From an uncultured virus (IMG/VR IMGVR_UViG_2049941000_000131) (lineage: Duplodnaviria; Heunggongvirae; Uroviricota; Caudoviricetes), in IMG/VR virus record IMGVR_UViG_2049941000_000131: a stretch of DNA of 38,188 bases; one strand, 5' to 3'. The notes under the pieces are model-generated. The model saw nothing but the letters and a program-made list of their open reading frames with translations. It did no database searches and was not told where the DNA came from. Position numbers and translations under genes: made by a program. Positions 8,704-18,401 of this stretch are shown here, piece by piece. Positions within the stretch are counted from its first letter, which is position 1, and each line of letters opens with the position of its first letter.

Positions 8704-8732
8704 ATTGTATCAGAAAAAGGAGGAAATGTCAA
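8704..8732 (-). promoter_or_regulatory. Sigma70/A-type antisense promoter overlapping the helicase RBS
   Basis: TTGACA-17 bp-TACAAT with an extended -10 TG. The spacer is the complement of AAGGAGG. Confidence 0.75.
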
Positions 8733-10111
8733 TGAATTTGTATTCGGATTTTTTGAAATCCAAGCAGGTGAGAACTCTCTCCAGAGGTTTCGATGTTCCC
8801 GAGGAGAGCTTAAATAGAAACGCTTTCGAATGGCAACGACATATCGTAAGCTGGGCATTGAAGCAAGGTAAAGCTGCACTCTTTGAGGACTGCGGATTGG
8901 GAAAAACTTTACAGCAGTTAATGTGGGCAGACAGTATATGGAAATTAACAGGCTCACCGGTACTGATACTTGCGCCACTCGCAGTATCCACTCAGACAAA
9001 GCTCGAGGGTGAAAAATTCGGGATAGACGTCAATATCTGTGAAAATCAGAAGGATGTTGTAAACGGTATAAACATCACCAACTATGAGAAGATAGAAAAA
9101 TTTGATATGTCGGTTTTTTCCGGCATTGTTCTTGATGAAAGTTCGATTCTAAAATCGTATATGGGTAAGATAAAAAGACTTATTTGTGACCGCTTCAAAG
9201 ACGTACCATACAAACTCGCCTGCACCGCTACACCTGCGCCGAATGATTTGATGGAGTTGCTCAATCATGCTGAATTCCTTGGAATTATGAACAGTAACGA
9301 GGCGCTGTCGATTTGGTTCATAGCTGACCAAAGCCACAGTGGGAAATATCGCTTGAAGAAACATGCAAAAAAGGATTTTTGGCAATGGGTATCATCATGG
9401 GCGGTGTGCATAAGCAGACCTTCCGACATCGGCTATTCCGACGACGGTTATATATTGCCAAAGCTTAATGAACATGATGTAATCATCAATATAGCAAGTT
9501 CGGGTTCTCTTGTTGATGAACTTACACGTAAAGTAAATATGTCGGCCACTGGTTATATATCGGAACGGAGAAGGACACTGAAAGAACGCTGTAAAAAAGC
9601 CGCAGAGATCGTAACAGGCTCATGTGATCAATTTGTTATATGGTGCGGTATGAATGATGAAGCGAACGAGCTTAAAAGATTAATTCCCGATTCGATTGAA
9701 GTTAGAGGCAGTGACAAGCTCCAAAAAAAAGAAGAAGCTGCAATTAGTTTTGCAAAAGGACAAACAAGAGTTTTAATATCTAAACCGTCAATTTTTGGGT
9801 TTGGGCTTAATTTTCAGAATTGCCATAACACGGTTTTTTGCGGAATGGATTACAGTTTTGAAAGCTACTATCAAGCAGTCCGAAGATTTTACCGTTTCGG
9901 GCAGCAAAATGAAGTTAATGTATATCGTGTTTTAGGCTCAACTGAACAAGCTATCCTTGAAACCGTAAAGGGCAAGGCACAGCAAAAAGACGATATGAAC
10001 ATGTCTATGGCTCAAGCTATGAAAGAGTTTCAGAGTGGGACGCATATCTCGTTTAAGTTGGATTTATCAAAACATGTTTACGATATGCCTTTGTGGCTGA
10101 AAGGAGCATAA
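8732..10111 (+). CDS. SNF2-like superfamily 2 helicase
   Basis: EDCGLGKT (Walker A), VLDESS (motif II), TATP (III), GFGLNFQ (V) and QAVRRFYRFGQ (VI). RBS AAGGAGG. Confidence 0.9.
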   Translation: MNLYSDFLKSKQVRTLSRGFDVPEESLNRNAFEWQRHIVSWALKQGKAALFEDCGLGKTLQQLMWADSIWKLTGSPVLILAPLAVSTQTKLEGEKFGIDVNICENQKDVVNGINITNYEKIEKFDMSVFSGIVLDESSILKSYMGKIKRLICDRFKDVPYKLACTATPAPNDLMELLNHAEFLGIMNSNEALSIWFIADQSHSGKYRLKKHAKKDFWQWVSSWAVCISRPSDIGYSDDGYILPKLNEHDVIINIASSGSLVDELTRKVNMSATGYISERRRTLKERCKKAAEIVTGSCDQFVIWCGMNDEANELKRLIPDSIEVRGSDKLQKKEEAAISFAKGQTRVLISKPSIFGFGLNFQNCHNTVFCGMDYSFESYYQAVRRFYRFGQQNEVNVYRVLGSTEQAILETVKGKAQQKDDMNMSMAQAMKEFQSGTHISFKLDLSKHVYDMPLWLKGA

Positions 10112-11035
10112 ATGGAACAAGTAATAACGGAAAAATACGCCCTGTATAACGGAGACTGCGTTGATGTGACGTCGCAGATGGGGGACGAGAGTGTAGATTT
10201 TCAAATTTTCTCGCCGCCATTTGCTAATCTTTACATATATTCGGACGACCTCAGAGATATGGGAAATTGTAAAAGTATGGAAGAGTTTTTTGAGCAGTTC
10301 GATTTTCTCGTTCCGCACTTACTCAGAGTATTGAAAACAGGCAGACTATGTGCCGTACATTGTAAGCAACTTGCGAAATACAAAGGTCGTGACGGTGCAA
10401 GCGGATGGATAGACTTCCGCGGAGAGATTATTCGGCACTTTGAGAAAGCAGGATTTCAGTATCATTCAGAGGTTGTCATTTGGACTGATCCGGTACTTGA
10501 AATGCAGAAAACGAAAACGCAAAGACTACTTTATTGCCAGCTTCAGCGTGACGCTTCTCTTACGGGTATCGGTATGCCGGAGTACCTTGTACTTTTTCGA
10601 AAATGGGGCGATAGTGAGAATGCAACACCAATCAGACATTATAAAACACTTGAAGAAGCACTCGCGGACGGCGGTGAAGAACGACAGGTTTTTGAACTTG
10701 AAAAGTGGCAGAAATACGCTTCGCCGTGTTGGTTTGACATAAGGAGAACCGATGTGCTTAATGCAAAAATAGCTCGTGACAGCAAGGACGAAAAACATAT
10801 TTGTCCTTTGCAGCTTGAGGTGATAAGACGTGCCGTGCAGTTATGGAGCAATCCCGGAGAGATTGTATATTCGCCTTTCGGAGGAATTGGCAGTGAGCCA
10901 TATATTGCACTTGAACAGGGTAGGAGAGCTGTTGCCGTGGAACTCAAACCGTCATATTTTAAGCAAATGGTAAAAAACTGCAATGAAATATCCGCTACTG
11001 GAATGCAGATGAATTTGTTAACAGAAAATGATTAA
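10112..11035 (+). CDS. N4-cytosine/N6-adenine DNA methyltransferase (beta arrangement)
   Basis: GDC near the start, catalytic FSPPF, KHICP, and C-terminal SAM motif SPFGGIGS. Abuts the helicase stop. Confidence 0.9.
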   Translation: MEQVITEKYALYNGDCVDVTSQMGDESVDFQIFSPPFANLYIYSDDLRDMGNCKSMEEFFEQFDFLVPHLLRVLKTGRLCAVHCKQLAKYKGRDGASGWIDFRGEIIRHFEKAGFQYHSEVVIWTDPVLEMQKTKTQRLLYCQLQRDASLTGIGMPEYLVLFRKWGDSENATPIRHYKTLEEALADGGEERQVFELEKWQKYASPCWFDIRRTDVLNAKIARDSKDEKHICPLQLEVIRRAVQLWSNPGEIVYSPFGGIGSEPYIALEQGRRAVAVELKPSYFKQMVKNCNEISATGMQMNLLTEND

Positions 11036-11048
11036 GGAGGAAAAGTCA

Positions 11049-11111
11049 ATGGAAACAATGAAAAACATGAAGCCAATGTCAACAAAAGTCAGAGATACGG
11101 TGCTCCGTATC
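11049..11111 (+). CDS. N-terminus of a hypothetical protein continued at 28655-29004 and 30061-30353
   Basis: METMKNMKPMSTKVRDTVLRI overlaps both minus-strand fragments. Confidence 0.7.
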
Positions 11112-11142
11112 NNNNNNNNNNCAGCCGAAAGGAGGCAGCGTT

Positions 11143-11505
11143 ATGAAAGAAAAAACAAAAGATGAACGCATAAAAGCAGAAGAACGACGGCTTACCAAAA
11201 TCTACGGCGATTTAAAAAGCGAGAAGAAAATGAAAGCGGCTCAGGGACTTATCCGCAGAGCGGCATATATGCGCATTATGCTTGAAGAATGTGAAAGCGA
11301 CATAGTTGAGAACGGACTTACGGAAAAGTTTTCGCAGGGCGATCAAGAACCGTATGACCGAAAACGACCGATAGCGGATCTGTATTCGGCTATGAATACA
11401 AGCTATCAGAAAATCATTAAACAGCTTACCGATCTGCTGCCGACCGAGGAGAAAAAGGAAGCTGATCCGTTCCTTGATTACATTGCCGGCGGTGACAGCG
11501 GTTGA
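11143..11505 (+). CDS. Terminase small subunit
   Basis: Overlaps the terL start. LIRRAAYM...ENGLTE...YQKIIKQL pattern, with RBS AGGAGG. Confidence 0.8.
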   Translation: MKEKTKDERIKAEERRLTKIYGDLKSEKKMKAAQGLIRRAAYMRIMLEECESDIVENGLTEKFSQGDQEPYDRKRPIADLYSAMNTSYQKIIKQLTDLLPTEEKKEADPFLDYIAGGDSG

Positions 11506-13160
11506 CGGAGTTTGAAAAGTATTTTACAGCGATATATGACGGACGGATTACCGCCTGTAAGAAAATGCGCTTGCAGTCGGAACGATTGCTTAATGCTCTT
11601 GTTTCTCCCGAAAAATATCATTTTGACATTGACATAGCTAATAAACACATCAGTTTTATTGAGCGGTTCTGCTGTTATCCCTCGGGCGATAAAATGGGAA
11701 AACTCTTTACAATGGAGATGTTCCAAAAGGCACGCTTACAGGCTTTGTTTGGTTTTGTGGACGATAACAATAAACGGCAGTATAACGAATGCCTGATTAT
11801 AGAGGGCAGAAAAAACGGAAAAACCTCCGAAACAGGCGCAGTAGAAATTGATATGCTCTGCAACGATATGGAAGGTTCTCCGCAGATATACAACCTTGCA
11901 ACGCAAAGAGAGCAAGCAACCTTAGGATTTAATGCTTGTTACAAAATGATACAAAAATCTCCGTATCTGAGAAAGCATATCCGCAAAAGAGCGAGCGACC
12001 TGTATTTTTCGCATAACTTCGGATATATAAAGGCATTGGCGAGCGAAACGGCAAACCTTGACGGACTTGATGTGCATTGTGCCGTCATTGACGAGTTGGC
12101 GGCTATCAAAAACAGAGATTTATACGACCTTATCAAACAGGCTATGGGTGCACGCTCACAGCCTGTTCTGTTTACCATAACAACAAACGGATTTATAAGA
12201 AACGGTATCTTTGACGCGCAGTACGAATATGCCGCAAAAATCATTTCGGGCAAGGTGCAGGACGAGCATTTTCTCCCGTTTATCTATGAACTTGACAGCC
12301 CGGACGAGTGGGAAAAAGAGGATTGCTGGATAAAAGCAAATCCGGGACTGGGGACTATTAAATCATACGACTATCTGCGTCAAATGGTCAGTAAAGCGAA
12401 AGCTGACCCGACATTTAAGCCTACCGTGCTTGTAAAAGATTTTAACCTTAAAGAAAATCCTCAAAGTCGCTGGCTTACTTATGAAGAAGCATACAACGGA
12501 GAAAGAATCCCCGAATATGCTTACCGATATTTTATCGGAGGTATGGACGCTGCCGACAGTGTTGATCTGAATGCTGCCGCAGCACTTTTCCAAAAGCCGA
12601 ATGACGATAAGCTGTATGTAAAATCGATGTTTTGGATTCCTCAGAAGGTTATAGACGATCAAGACGAAAAAGGCAACCGCGACGGACGTGATCATGTTCC
12701 GTATAAGCTGTGGATTGAGCAGGGACTAATGAGAACGTATCCGGGCGCAAAGGTTGATAAAAGAGTTTTTCTTGACTGGTTCTGCGAACTAAGAGATAAC
12801 GAGGACATCTACCCGATGATGATCTGTTATGATCCGTGGCATATTTCCGATGATCTGATAAGAGCTTTTGAAAACGAGTTCGGGAAGAAGACGATGAGAG
12901 CTGTGCGGCAGGGTGTAATTACTCTGTCTAACCCTATGAAAGACTTAAAAGCCGATTTACAGGCTCACAGAATAGTTTATGACGATAACCCAATACTTCT
13001 ATGGTGCTTGCTCAACACCGACGTTAAAAGCGATATAAACGGCAATATACAGCCTTGTAAATCCGATAAGAGTACACAGAGAATCGACGGCACAGCGGCA
13101 CTGCTTGACGCTTATGTCGGGTATTGCGACGAAAAAGATAATTATTCGGCAATGATATAA
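11502..13160 (+). CDS. terL: Terminase large subunit
   Basis: GRKNGKT Walker A, AVIDE Walker B, KANPGLG, and RIDGTAALLDA in the nuclease domain. Confidence 0.95.
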   Translation: MTEFEKYFTAIYDGRITACKKMRLQSERLLNALVSPEKYHFDIDIANKHISFIERFCCYPSGDKMGKLFTMEMFQKARLQALFGFVDDNNKRQYNECLIIEGRKNGKTSETGAVEIDMLCNDMEGSPQIYNLATQREQATLGFNACYKMIQKSPYLRKHIRKRASDLYFSHNFGYIKALASETANLDGLDVHCAVIDELAAIKNRDLYDLIKQAMGARSQPVLFTITTNGFIRNGIFDAQYEYAAKIISGKVQDEHFLPFIYELDSPDEWEKEDCWIKANPGLGTIKSYDYLRQMVSKAKADPTFKPTVLVKDFNLKENPQSRWLTYEEAYNGERIPEYAYRYFIGGMDAADSVDLNAAAALFQKPNDDKLYVKSMFWIPQKVIDDQDEKGNRDGRDHVPYKLWIEQGLMRTYPGAKVDKRVFLDWFCELRDNEDIYPMMICYDPWHISDDLIRAFENEFGKKTMRAVRQGVITLSNPMKDLKADLQAHRIVYDDNPILLWCLLNTDVKSDINGNIQPCKSDKSTQRIDGTAALLDAYVGYCDEKDNYSAMI

Positions 13161-13166
13161 AGGCAG

Positions 13167-14351
13167 GTGATAACTACGAATATTTTCAAACGTTTATTCA
13201 AAAATCAAAAGTCTGAAACGCTTGCTAAGTATCAGCTTGTAACGGAGAGGGGAAACGGCACATACATCTGGAACGGCAAAATATACGACAGCGATATTGT
13301 AAGGGCATGCCTTGCGCCTTATGTCAAATCGATCGGAAAGCTTGCAGGGAAGCATATTTTTGACAATCAAAGCGGCTTAAAGGTAAATCCCGAACCGTAT
13401 GTAAAAATATTGCTTGAAAATCCAAATCCGTTAATGTCCGCTCAGAAGTTTCAGGAGAAAATGGCGGCTCAGCTTATTCTCAACGGGAACGCATTCGCAA
13501 GTATTACAAGAGATAGAAACGGTATTCCCGTGGAGTTGTTTCCGCTGCCTGCGATTGGTGTTGAAGCGGAGTACAGAGGGAGCAGCTTGTATTTGAAATT
13601 TACCCTTGATAACGGGAAAATATATACATTCAACTATGATGATATTATTCATTTGCGGACAAATTACTATGACAATGACATCTTCGGGAATAGCTTAATG
13701 CCGACTCTGGCGCCGCTTTTGAAGATCAGCACTACCATAGACGACGGTATTGTTAAAACGGTCAAGAACAGCAATGTAATACGCTGGCTTTTGAAAGCTA
13801 CGGGGTCACTGCGAGAAGATGACCTCAGGAAAATATCGGAGAATTTTGCAAAGGCGTATACGAGCGCAGAGAGTACTACGGGCGGCGTTGCGGCTACAGA
13901 TCCAAGGGTTGAGGTTACGCAGGTAAAAAGCAACGATTACATTCCGAACTTTGAAATATTGGAGAGTGTAAAAAGCAGAATTTACAGCGTTTTCGGAGTG
14001 TCAGAGAAAATTGTACAAGGCAATTACACAGAGGACGAATGGAACAGCTTTTATGAAAGTTCTATTGAGCCTATCGCACTTGATTTTGCAAACGAATATA
14101 CACGCAAACTGTTTTCAATCAAAAAGCGCAGCTACGGCAACAAAATCATATTTGAAGCGTCTAATCTTGCTTGTGCGACGATAAGCACAAAGCTTAACTT
14201 TTTGCAAATGGTAGACCGAGGAGCATTGACTCCCAACGAGTGGAGAGAGATATTCAATCTTGCGCCTGTTGAGGGCGGCGACGAGCCTATCAGAAGATTA
14301 GATACACGACCGACGAGCGAAGGAGGTGAAAACAATGGAGATTCAGATTAA
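13167..14351 (+). CDS. Portal protein (HK97 family)
   Basis: Follows terL. PNPLMS, LILNGNAF, DIIHLR and LTPNEWRE...GGD motifs. Confidence 0.93.
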   Translation: MITTNIFKRLFKNQKSETLAKYQLVTERGNGTYIWNGKIYDSDIVRACLAPYVKSIGKLAGKHIFDNQSGLKVNPEPYVKILLENPNPLMSAQKFQEKMAAQLILNGNAFASITRDRNGIPVELFPLPAIGVEAEYRGSSLYLKFTLDNGKIYTFNYDDIIHLRTNYYDNDIFGNSLMPTLAPLLKISTTIDDGIVKTVKNSNVIRWLLKATGSLREDDLRKISENFAKAYTSAESTTGGVAATDPRVEVTQVKSNDYIPNFEILESVKSRIYSVFGVSEKIVQGNYTEDEWNSFYESSIEPIALDFANEYTRKLFSIKKRSYGNKIIFEASNLACATISTKLNFLQMVDRGALTPNEWREIFNLAPVEGGDEPIRRLDTRPTSEGGENNGDSD

Positions 14352-14976
14352 AGGCACTATTATCCCGAATGATGATAAACAGCTATATGAATATTTCGGC
14401 TTTGAAAACACCTGCCCGAATGATGTTTCCGCAGCACTTGAAAATGCCGACGGAGATGATATTGATATTTATATTAATTCCGGCGGCGGTGAGATATTCT
14501 CAGCGACCGAAATATATTCGGCTATTCAGAAATACAAAGGCAATATCAGACTTCATGTCACGGGACTGGCGGCGAGTGCGGCGAGTGTCATTATGTGCGC
14601 AGGAGAATGTGATATAACTCCGACGTCTATGGTAATGATACACAATGTGTCAAGCTTAGCGTATGGTAATTTCAAGGACTTCAAGCACGAAAGCGAAACG
14701 CTCAGAAAAGCCGATAAAGCTATGTGCAGCGCATATGTACATAAAACAGGGAAAAGCGAAAGCGAGATACTGCCGCTTATGGACAAAGAAACATGGTTCA
14801 CGGCGCAGGAGGCGGTTGATCTGGGATTGTGTGACAGAGTAGTCGGGCGTGAAACGCTTGTAAATGCTTACTGTTCTATCGTCACCGATCAGCAGCGTAA
14901 CGAATACATAAAAGCAGCTAAGAAAGCCAAAGCACAGCTGAGGCTTGAAAAAATTAAAGGAGATGTAAAAATATGA
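14335..14976 (+). CDS. ClpP-type head maturation protease
   Basis: YINSGGG, GLAASAAS, MIHN and ETWFTAQEAVDLGLCD motifs. Lies between portal and capsid. Confidence 0.93.
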   Translation: MEIQIKGTIIPNDDKQLYEYFGFENTCPNDVSAALENADGDDIDIYINSGGGEIFSATEIYSAIQKYKGNIRLHVTGLAASAASVIMCAGECDITPTSMVMIHNVSSLAYGNFKDFKHESETLRKADKAMCSAYVHKTGKSESEILPLMDKETWFTAQEAVDLGLCDRVVGRETLVNAYCSIVTDQQRNEYIKAAKKAKAQLRLEKIKGDVKI

Positions 14977-16145
14977 CAAAGGAAATCTATCTTAACAGCA
15001 GAAAGGCTCTTATTGCGGAAGCGCAGCAGCTTATCGACAAGGGCGACATCAAAGCATATACGGAAAAGGAAAACGCTATCAAGCAGCTTGACGATGATTT
15101 TGAAGCGCAGAGCACGGCGCAGGCAAACCTTAATGCAATCAATGGCATTACCGAAAGCAAGGCGGCAGAGTTTTATTCGGGCACAAACGGCGGCACGGAC
15201 TATGATTCTTTCGAGTACCGTAAGGCGTTCATGAACTACGTAACAAAGGGCACTCCGATTCCCACACAGTATGTTAATGCCGTAACCGAAACAAGCGACG
15301 TTTCACCCGTTATTCCTACAACAACGCTTAACAGGATTGTTGAGGAACTTGAAACGGAAAGCGAGCTGCTTACGCTTGTTACACGTACCTCATATAAGGG
15401 CGGTTTGACTATACCTACAAGCGATGTGAAGCCTACTGCAAGCTGGGTAGCAGAGGGCGCAGGCAGCACATTACAGAAAAGCGGCGTAAACGGCACAATT
15501 ACCTTTGCTTATCACAAACTCAGAGTAGCAGTAGCGATGACGCTTGAAGTGGAAACAATGTCACTTTCCGCTTTCGAAAGCAAGTTTGTGCGAGATGTTG
15601 CAAGAGCTATGAACAAGGCGCTTACAGCCGCAATCGTAAGCGGCAACGGCACGGGAAAGCCAAAAGGTATACTTGCGGAAACTCCCGTATCGGGTCAGGC
15701 TTTGCAGCTTGCAAGCGGTACGACACTCAGCTATCAGACGCTTGTTGATATGGAGAGCGCACTCCCCACTGCGTACGAAAACGGCGCATATTACTTCATG
15801 ACAAAGAAAACATTCATGCAGTTTGTGGGTATGACAGACGATAACGGACAGCCTATCGCAAGAGTAAATTACGGTATCGGCGGCAAGCCGGAGAGAGTTC
15901 TTCTCGGCAGAGGTGTAAAGCTTCTTGATGATTATATGTCGAGCTATGCCGCAACACAGTCCGCAGATACGATCATAGCGTTTATCTTCCGTCCCGAGGA
16001 TTACACGCTTAACACAAATCTTAACATTACCGTTAAGACATACGAGGACAATGACACCGACGATAAGATCACAAAGGCTGTAATGCTTGTTGACGGTAAG
16101 GTTGTGGATAAGCACAGCCTTGTAACGCTTACACAGAAAGCGTAA
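14973..16145 (+). CDS. Major capsid protein (HK97 fold)
   Basis: Coiled-coil N-terminal delta domain, ASWVAEG, and GNGTGKPKGIL. Confidence 0.93.
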   Translation: MTKEIYLNSRKALIAEAQQLIDKGDIKAYTEKENAIKQLDDDFEAQSTAQANLNAINGITESKAAEFYSGTNGGTDYDSFEYRKAFMNYVTKGTPIPTQYVNAVTETSDVSPVIPTTTLNRIVEELETESELLTLVTRTSYKGGLTIPTSDVKPTASWVAEGAGSTLQKSGVNGTITFAYHKLRVAVAMTLEVETMSLSAFESKFVRDVARAMNKALTAAIVSGNGTGKPKGILAETPVSGQALQLASGTTLSYQTLVDMESALPTAYENGAYYFMTKKTFMQFVGMTDDNGQPIARVNYGIGGKPERVLLGRGVKLLDDYMSSYAATQSADTIIAFIFRPEDYTLNTNLNITVKTYEDNDTDDKITKAVMLVDGKVVDKHSLVTLTQKA

Positions 16146-16162
16146 AAGCGAGGTGAGCGGAT

Positions 16163-16462
16163 ATGCTTGTAAAGGAAATAAAAACCGCTCTGAGAATAAC
16201 ACACAACAAATTTGATGATGAAATAGAACAGCAGATACTATCCTGCGCGGCTGATATGCGCAGGGTAGGCATTGCCGTTCCGGAACCTCCGTTCTACGAG
16301 TTTATAGACGAAAATCCGCTTATATTCACGGCGGTAAAACTTTACTGCATGGCGCAGTTTGATTTTTTGAGTAAAGGCGATCAGTATAAAAAGGGCTACG
16401 AAAGCCTTAGAGATGTGCTGAGTATGTCGAGTGCGTATAGGGAGAGTGACAGCGATGTATAA
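16163..16462 (+). CDS. Head-tail connector (gp6-like)
   Basis: KTALRITHNKFDDEI...AVKLYC. Positioned after the capsid gene. Confidence 0.8.
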   Translation: MLVKEIKTALRITHNKFDDEIEQQILSCAADMRRVGIAVPEPPFYEFIDENPLIFTAVKLYCMAQFDFLSKGDQYKKGYESLRDVLSMSSAYRESDSDV

Positions 16463-16766
16463 CGATGTTATTTCTCTCGGTAAACAGCAGATTGTCACCG
16501 ACAAATACAAAAACCAAAGCAAGGAATATGTATTCCGTGAAGTGTTTGCGGAGGTAAAATCTATATCACAATCGGAATACTATACCGCTGCGCAGAGCGG
16601 AATAAAGCCTGCATATAAATTCGTGCTTGCCGATTATTACGACTATGACGACGAGGATATCGTAAAATGCAATGGTATCATCTATCATGTGATAAGAACG
16701 TACAGAAACGGCTTACAGCTTGAAATCACGGTTGAAAAGCGGATAGAGGGAAAAGAGTATGGCTAA
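16455..16766 (+). CDS. Head closure / head-tail adaptor
   Basis: VFAEVKSISQSEYYTAAQSG...YHVIRTY, plus synteny. Confidence 0.8.
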   Translation: MYNDVISLGKQQIVTDKYKNQSKEYVFREVFAEVKSISQSEYYTAAQSGIKPAYKFVLADYYDYDDEDIVKCNGIIYHVIRTYRNGLQLEITVEKRIEGKEYG

Positions 16767-17145
16767 TGATATAGACATCTCACAGGCAATTCTAAGCGAG
16801 TTACAGGCATACACAAACGATCTTGCCGAACGTGTGAATAAGTCTGCAAGGAGCTGTGCAAACAGCCTTAGACGTACCCTTGAAGAAACAAGCCCCGAGA
16901 AGACCGGAGACTATAAAAAAGGTTGGAAAGTCAGACAGGTATATAAAAATCAGGCGGTCAGTCAGTTTGTAGTTTACAATGCTACCGATTATCAGCTGAC
17001 GCATTTGCTTGAATACGGACACGCAATAAAGGGCGGCACTCAAAGAGTAAAGGCGATACCTCACATTGCACCTGCGGAGGAAACCATTGTCAAAGAGTTT
17101 ACCGCAAAAATAGAAAAAGACATACAGAAGGCGGGACACAAATGA
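16759..17145 (+). CDS. HK97 gp10-like tail completion protein
   Basis: SPEKTGDYKKGW, YQLTHLLEYGH and PHIAPA motifs. Confidence 0.85.
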   Translation: MANDIDISQAILSELQAYTNDLAERVNKSARSCANSLRRTLEETSPEKTGDYKKGWKVRQVYKNQAVSQFVVYNATDYQLTHLLEYGHAIKGGTQRVKAIPHIAPAEETIVKEFTAKIEKDIQKAGHK

Positions 17146-17462
17146 TTAAATTCGATAAAGAAGCATTTGCGGGGAGTTTATCATCTCTGCCTTTCCCTGT
17201 CGCTCATACTGTTTTTTTAGAGGAGCAAACAGCACCGTATCTTATCTATACCGATAATGATTTTGAATTTACGTCTGCCGATTCAAAGGCAGTATTTTGC
17301 AAAACTGTTATTGTGTTGGAGCTTTACACAAAAGGCACACAAACGGATGAAACAGAGGAAACGGTTGAAAATTTCCTTGATGATTTTACTACATACGAAA
17401 AAAACCGTTCCTATATCACCGAGGAACAGCTTTATATAACATACTATACTTTTGAGCTATAA
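17142..17462 (+). CDS. Tail terminator-like protein
   Basis: APYLIY...SAD...LELYT. Sits immediately before the major tail gene. Confidence 0.7.
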   Translation: MIKFDKEAFAGSLSSLPFPVAHTVFLEEQTAPYLIYTDNDFEFTSADSKAVFCKTVIVLELYTKGTQTDETEETVENFLDDFTTYEKNRSYITEEQLYITYYTFEL

Positions 17463-17477
17463 GGGGGATAAAATCCT

Positions 17478-18035
17478 ATGAAAACAAAACTGGTCAATGT
17501 CGGCTTTGCGCCGATAACAACACAGAACAAAACGACATATTCAGTCGGCACACCCGTGTATTTTGCGTCGGCTCAGGCAGGCGGCAGAGAGTACAAGGCT
17601 ACCGCTTCGGGTACCGTAAAGACGATAGACGCAAACTCTCAGACGGTATACGAAGCAGAGGTGAACGGCGGCTACGAGATAGAACTCACTCTCATTGATA
17701 TTATCGACACTATCGCCGAAAAGTGGCTTGGTTATGAGATACGTTCAAACGGTACACTCGAAGTCGCGAAGGACACGGAGAAACCGAGATTTGCGCTTAT
17801 TCTCTCCGACAATGATACAAGCGACGTAGGAAAGACGGAGATTTTCTATAACTGCGTTTGCACATCAAGACCCGACATCACAGGCAAAACTGCGGAACAG
17901 GGCAACTGGGACGAACAGTTTGTTACATACAAAATCACTGCAAGACCGAGATTGAAAGATAACGCGGTTCGTTTGAGAATATCAGGAACGACAGAGCTTG
18001 AAGCGATTCCCGAGCCTGCGGCAGTGACGCCGTAA
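17478..18035 (+). CDS. Major tail (tube) protein
   Basis: NGGYEIELT, RFAL and FYNCVCTSRP resemble phi13-family tube proteins, plus synteny. Confidence 0.85.
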   Translation: MKTKLVNVGFAPITTQNKTTYSVGTPVYFASAQAGGREYKATASGTVKTIDANSQTVYEAEVNGGYEIELTLIDIIDTIAEKWLGYEIRSNGTLEVAKDTEKPRFALILSDNDTSDVGKTEIFYNCVCTSRPDITGKTAEQGNWDEQFVTYKITARPRLKDNAVRLRISGTTELEAIPEPAAVTP

Positions 18036-18050
18036 AGGAGTATCAACGGT

Positions 18051-18401
18051 ATGGAAAAAACACTAACTATTGACGGTAGGACGGTTAAATTCAAATGTTC
18101 GGGCGGTACGCTTATGAGATACCGAAATCAGTTCAACAGCGAATTTTTAGCGGATTTATCCGCCCTGAAAAACGTACAAAACGACGCTGCGAAAATTAAT
18201 TTTGCGGTGATAGAAAACATGATCTGGACGTTTGCCAAGACGGCAGATACAACTGTCCCCGACCCTCAGACATGGTATGACAGCTTTGACGAGATCGACA
18301 TTTATGAAGTGTGGACAGAGCTTTCCGACCTTGTTTCACAGTCCGTAAGATCGCTCACAAAAAACGCAGAAAGGGCGGCAAATCAAGCGGCGAAACAATG
18401 A
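18051..18401 (+). CDS. Tail assembly chaperone G
   Basis: MEKTLTIDGR...RYRNQF...WTFAKTAD. Lies between tail tube and TMP and contains an in-frame slippery heptamer. Confidence 0.85.
   Translation: MEKTLTIDGRTVKFKCSGGTLMRYRNQFNSEFLADLSALKNVQNDAAKINFAVIENMIWTFAKTADTTVPDPQTWYDSFDEIDIYEVWTELSDLVSQSVRSLTKNAERAANQAAKQ
18359..18365 (+). other. -1 programmed frameshift site A AAA AAC
   Basis: X XXY YYZ heptamer in the correct phase. The -1 frame is open to 18661. Confidence 0.8.

Noticed and set aside
11021..11049. Second antisense promoter at the downstream RBS repeat
   Set aside because: A TTGACT -35 is present but there is no -10 at the proper spacing.
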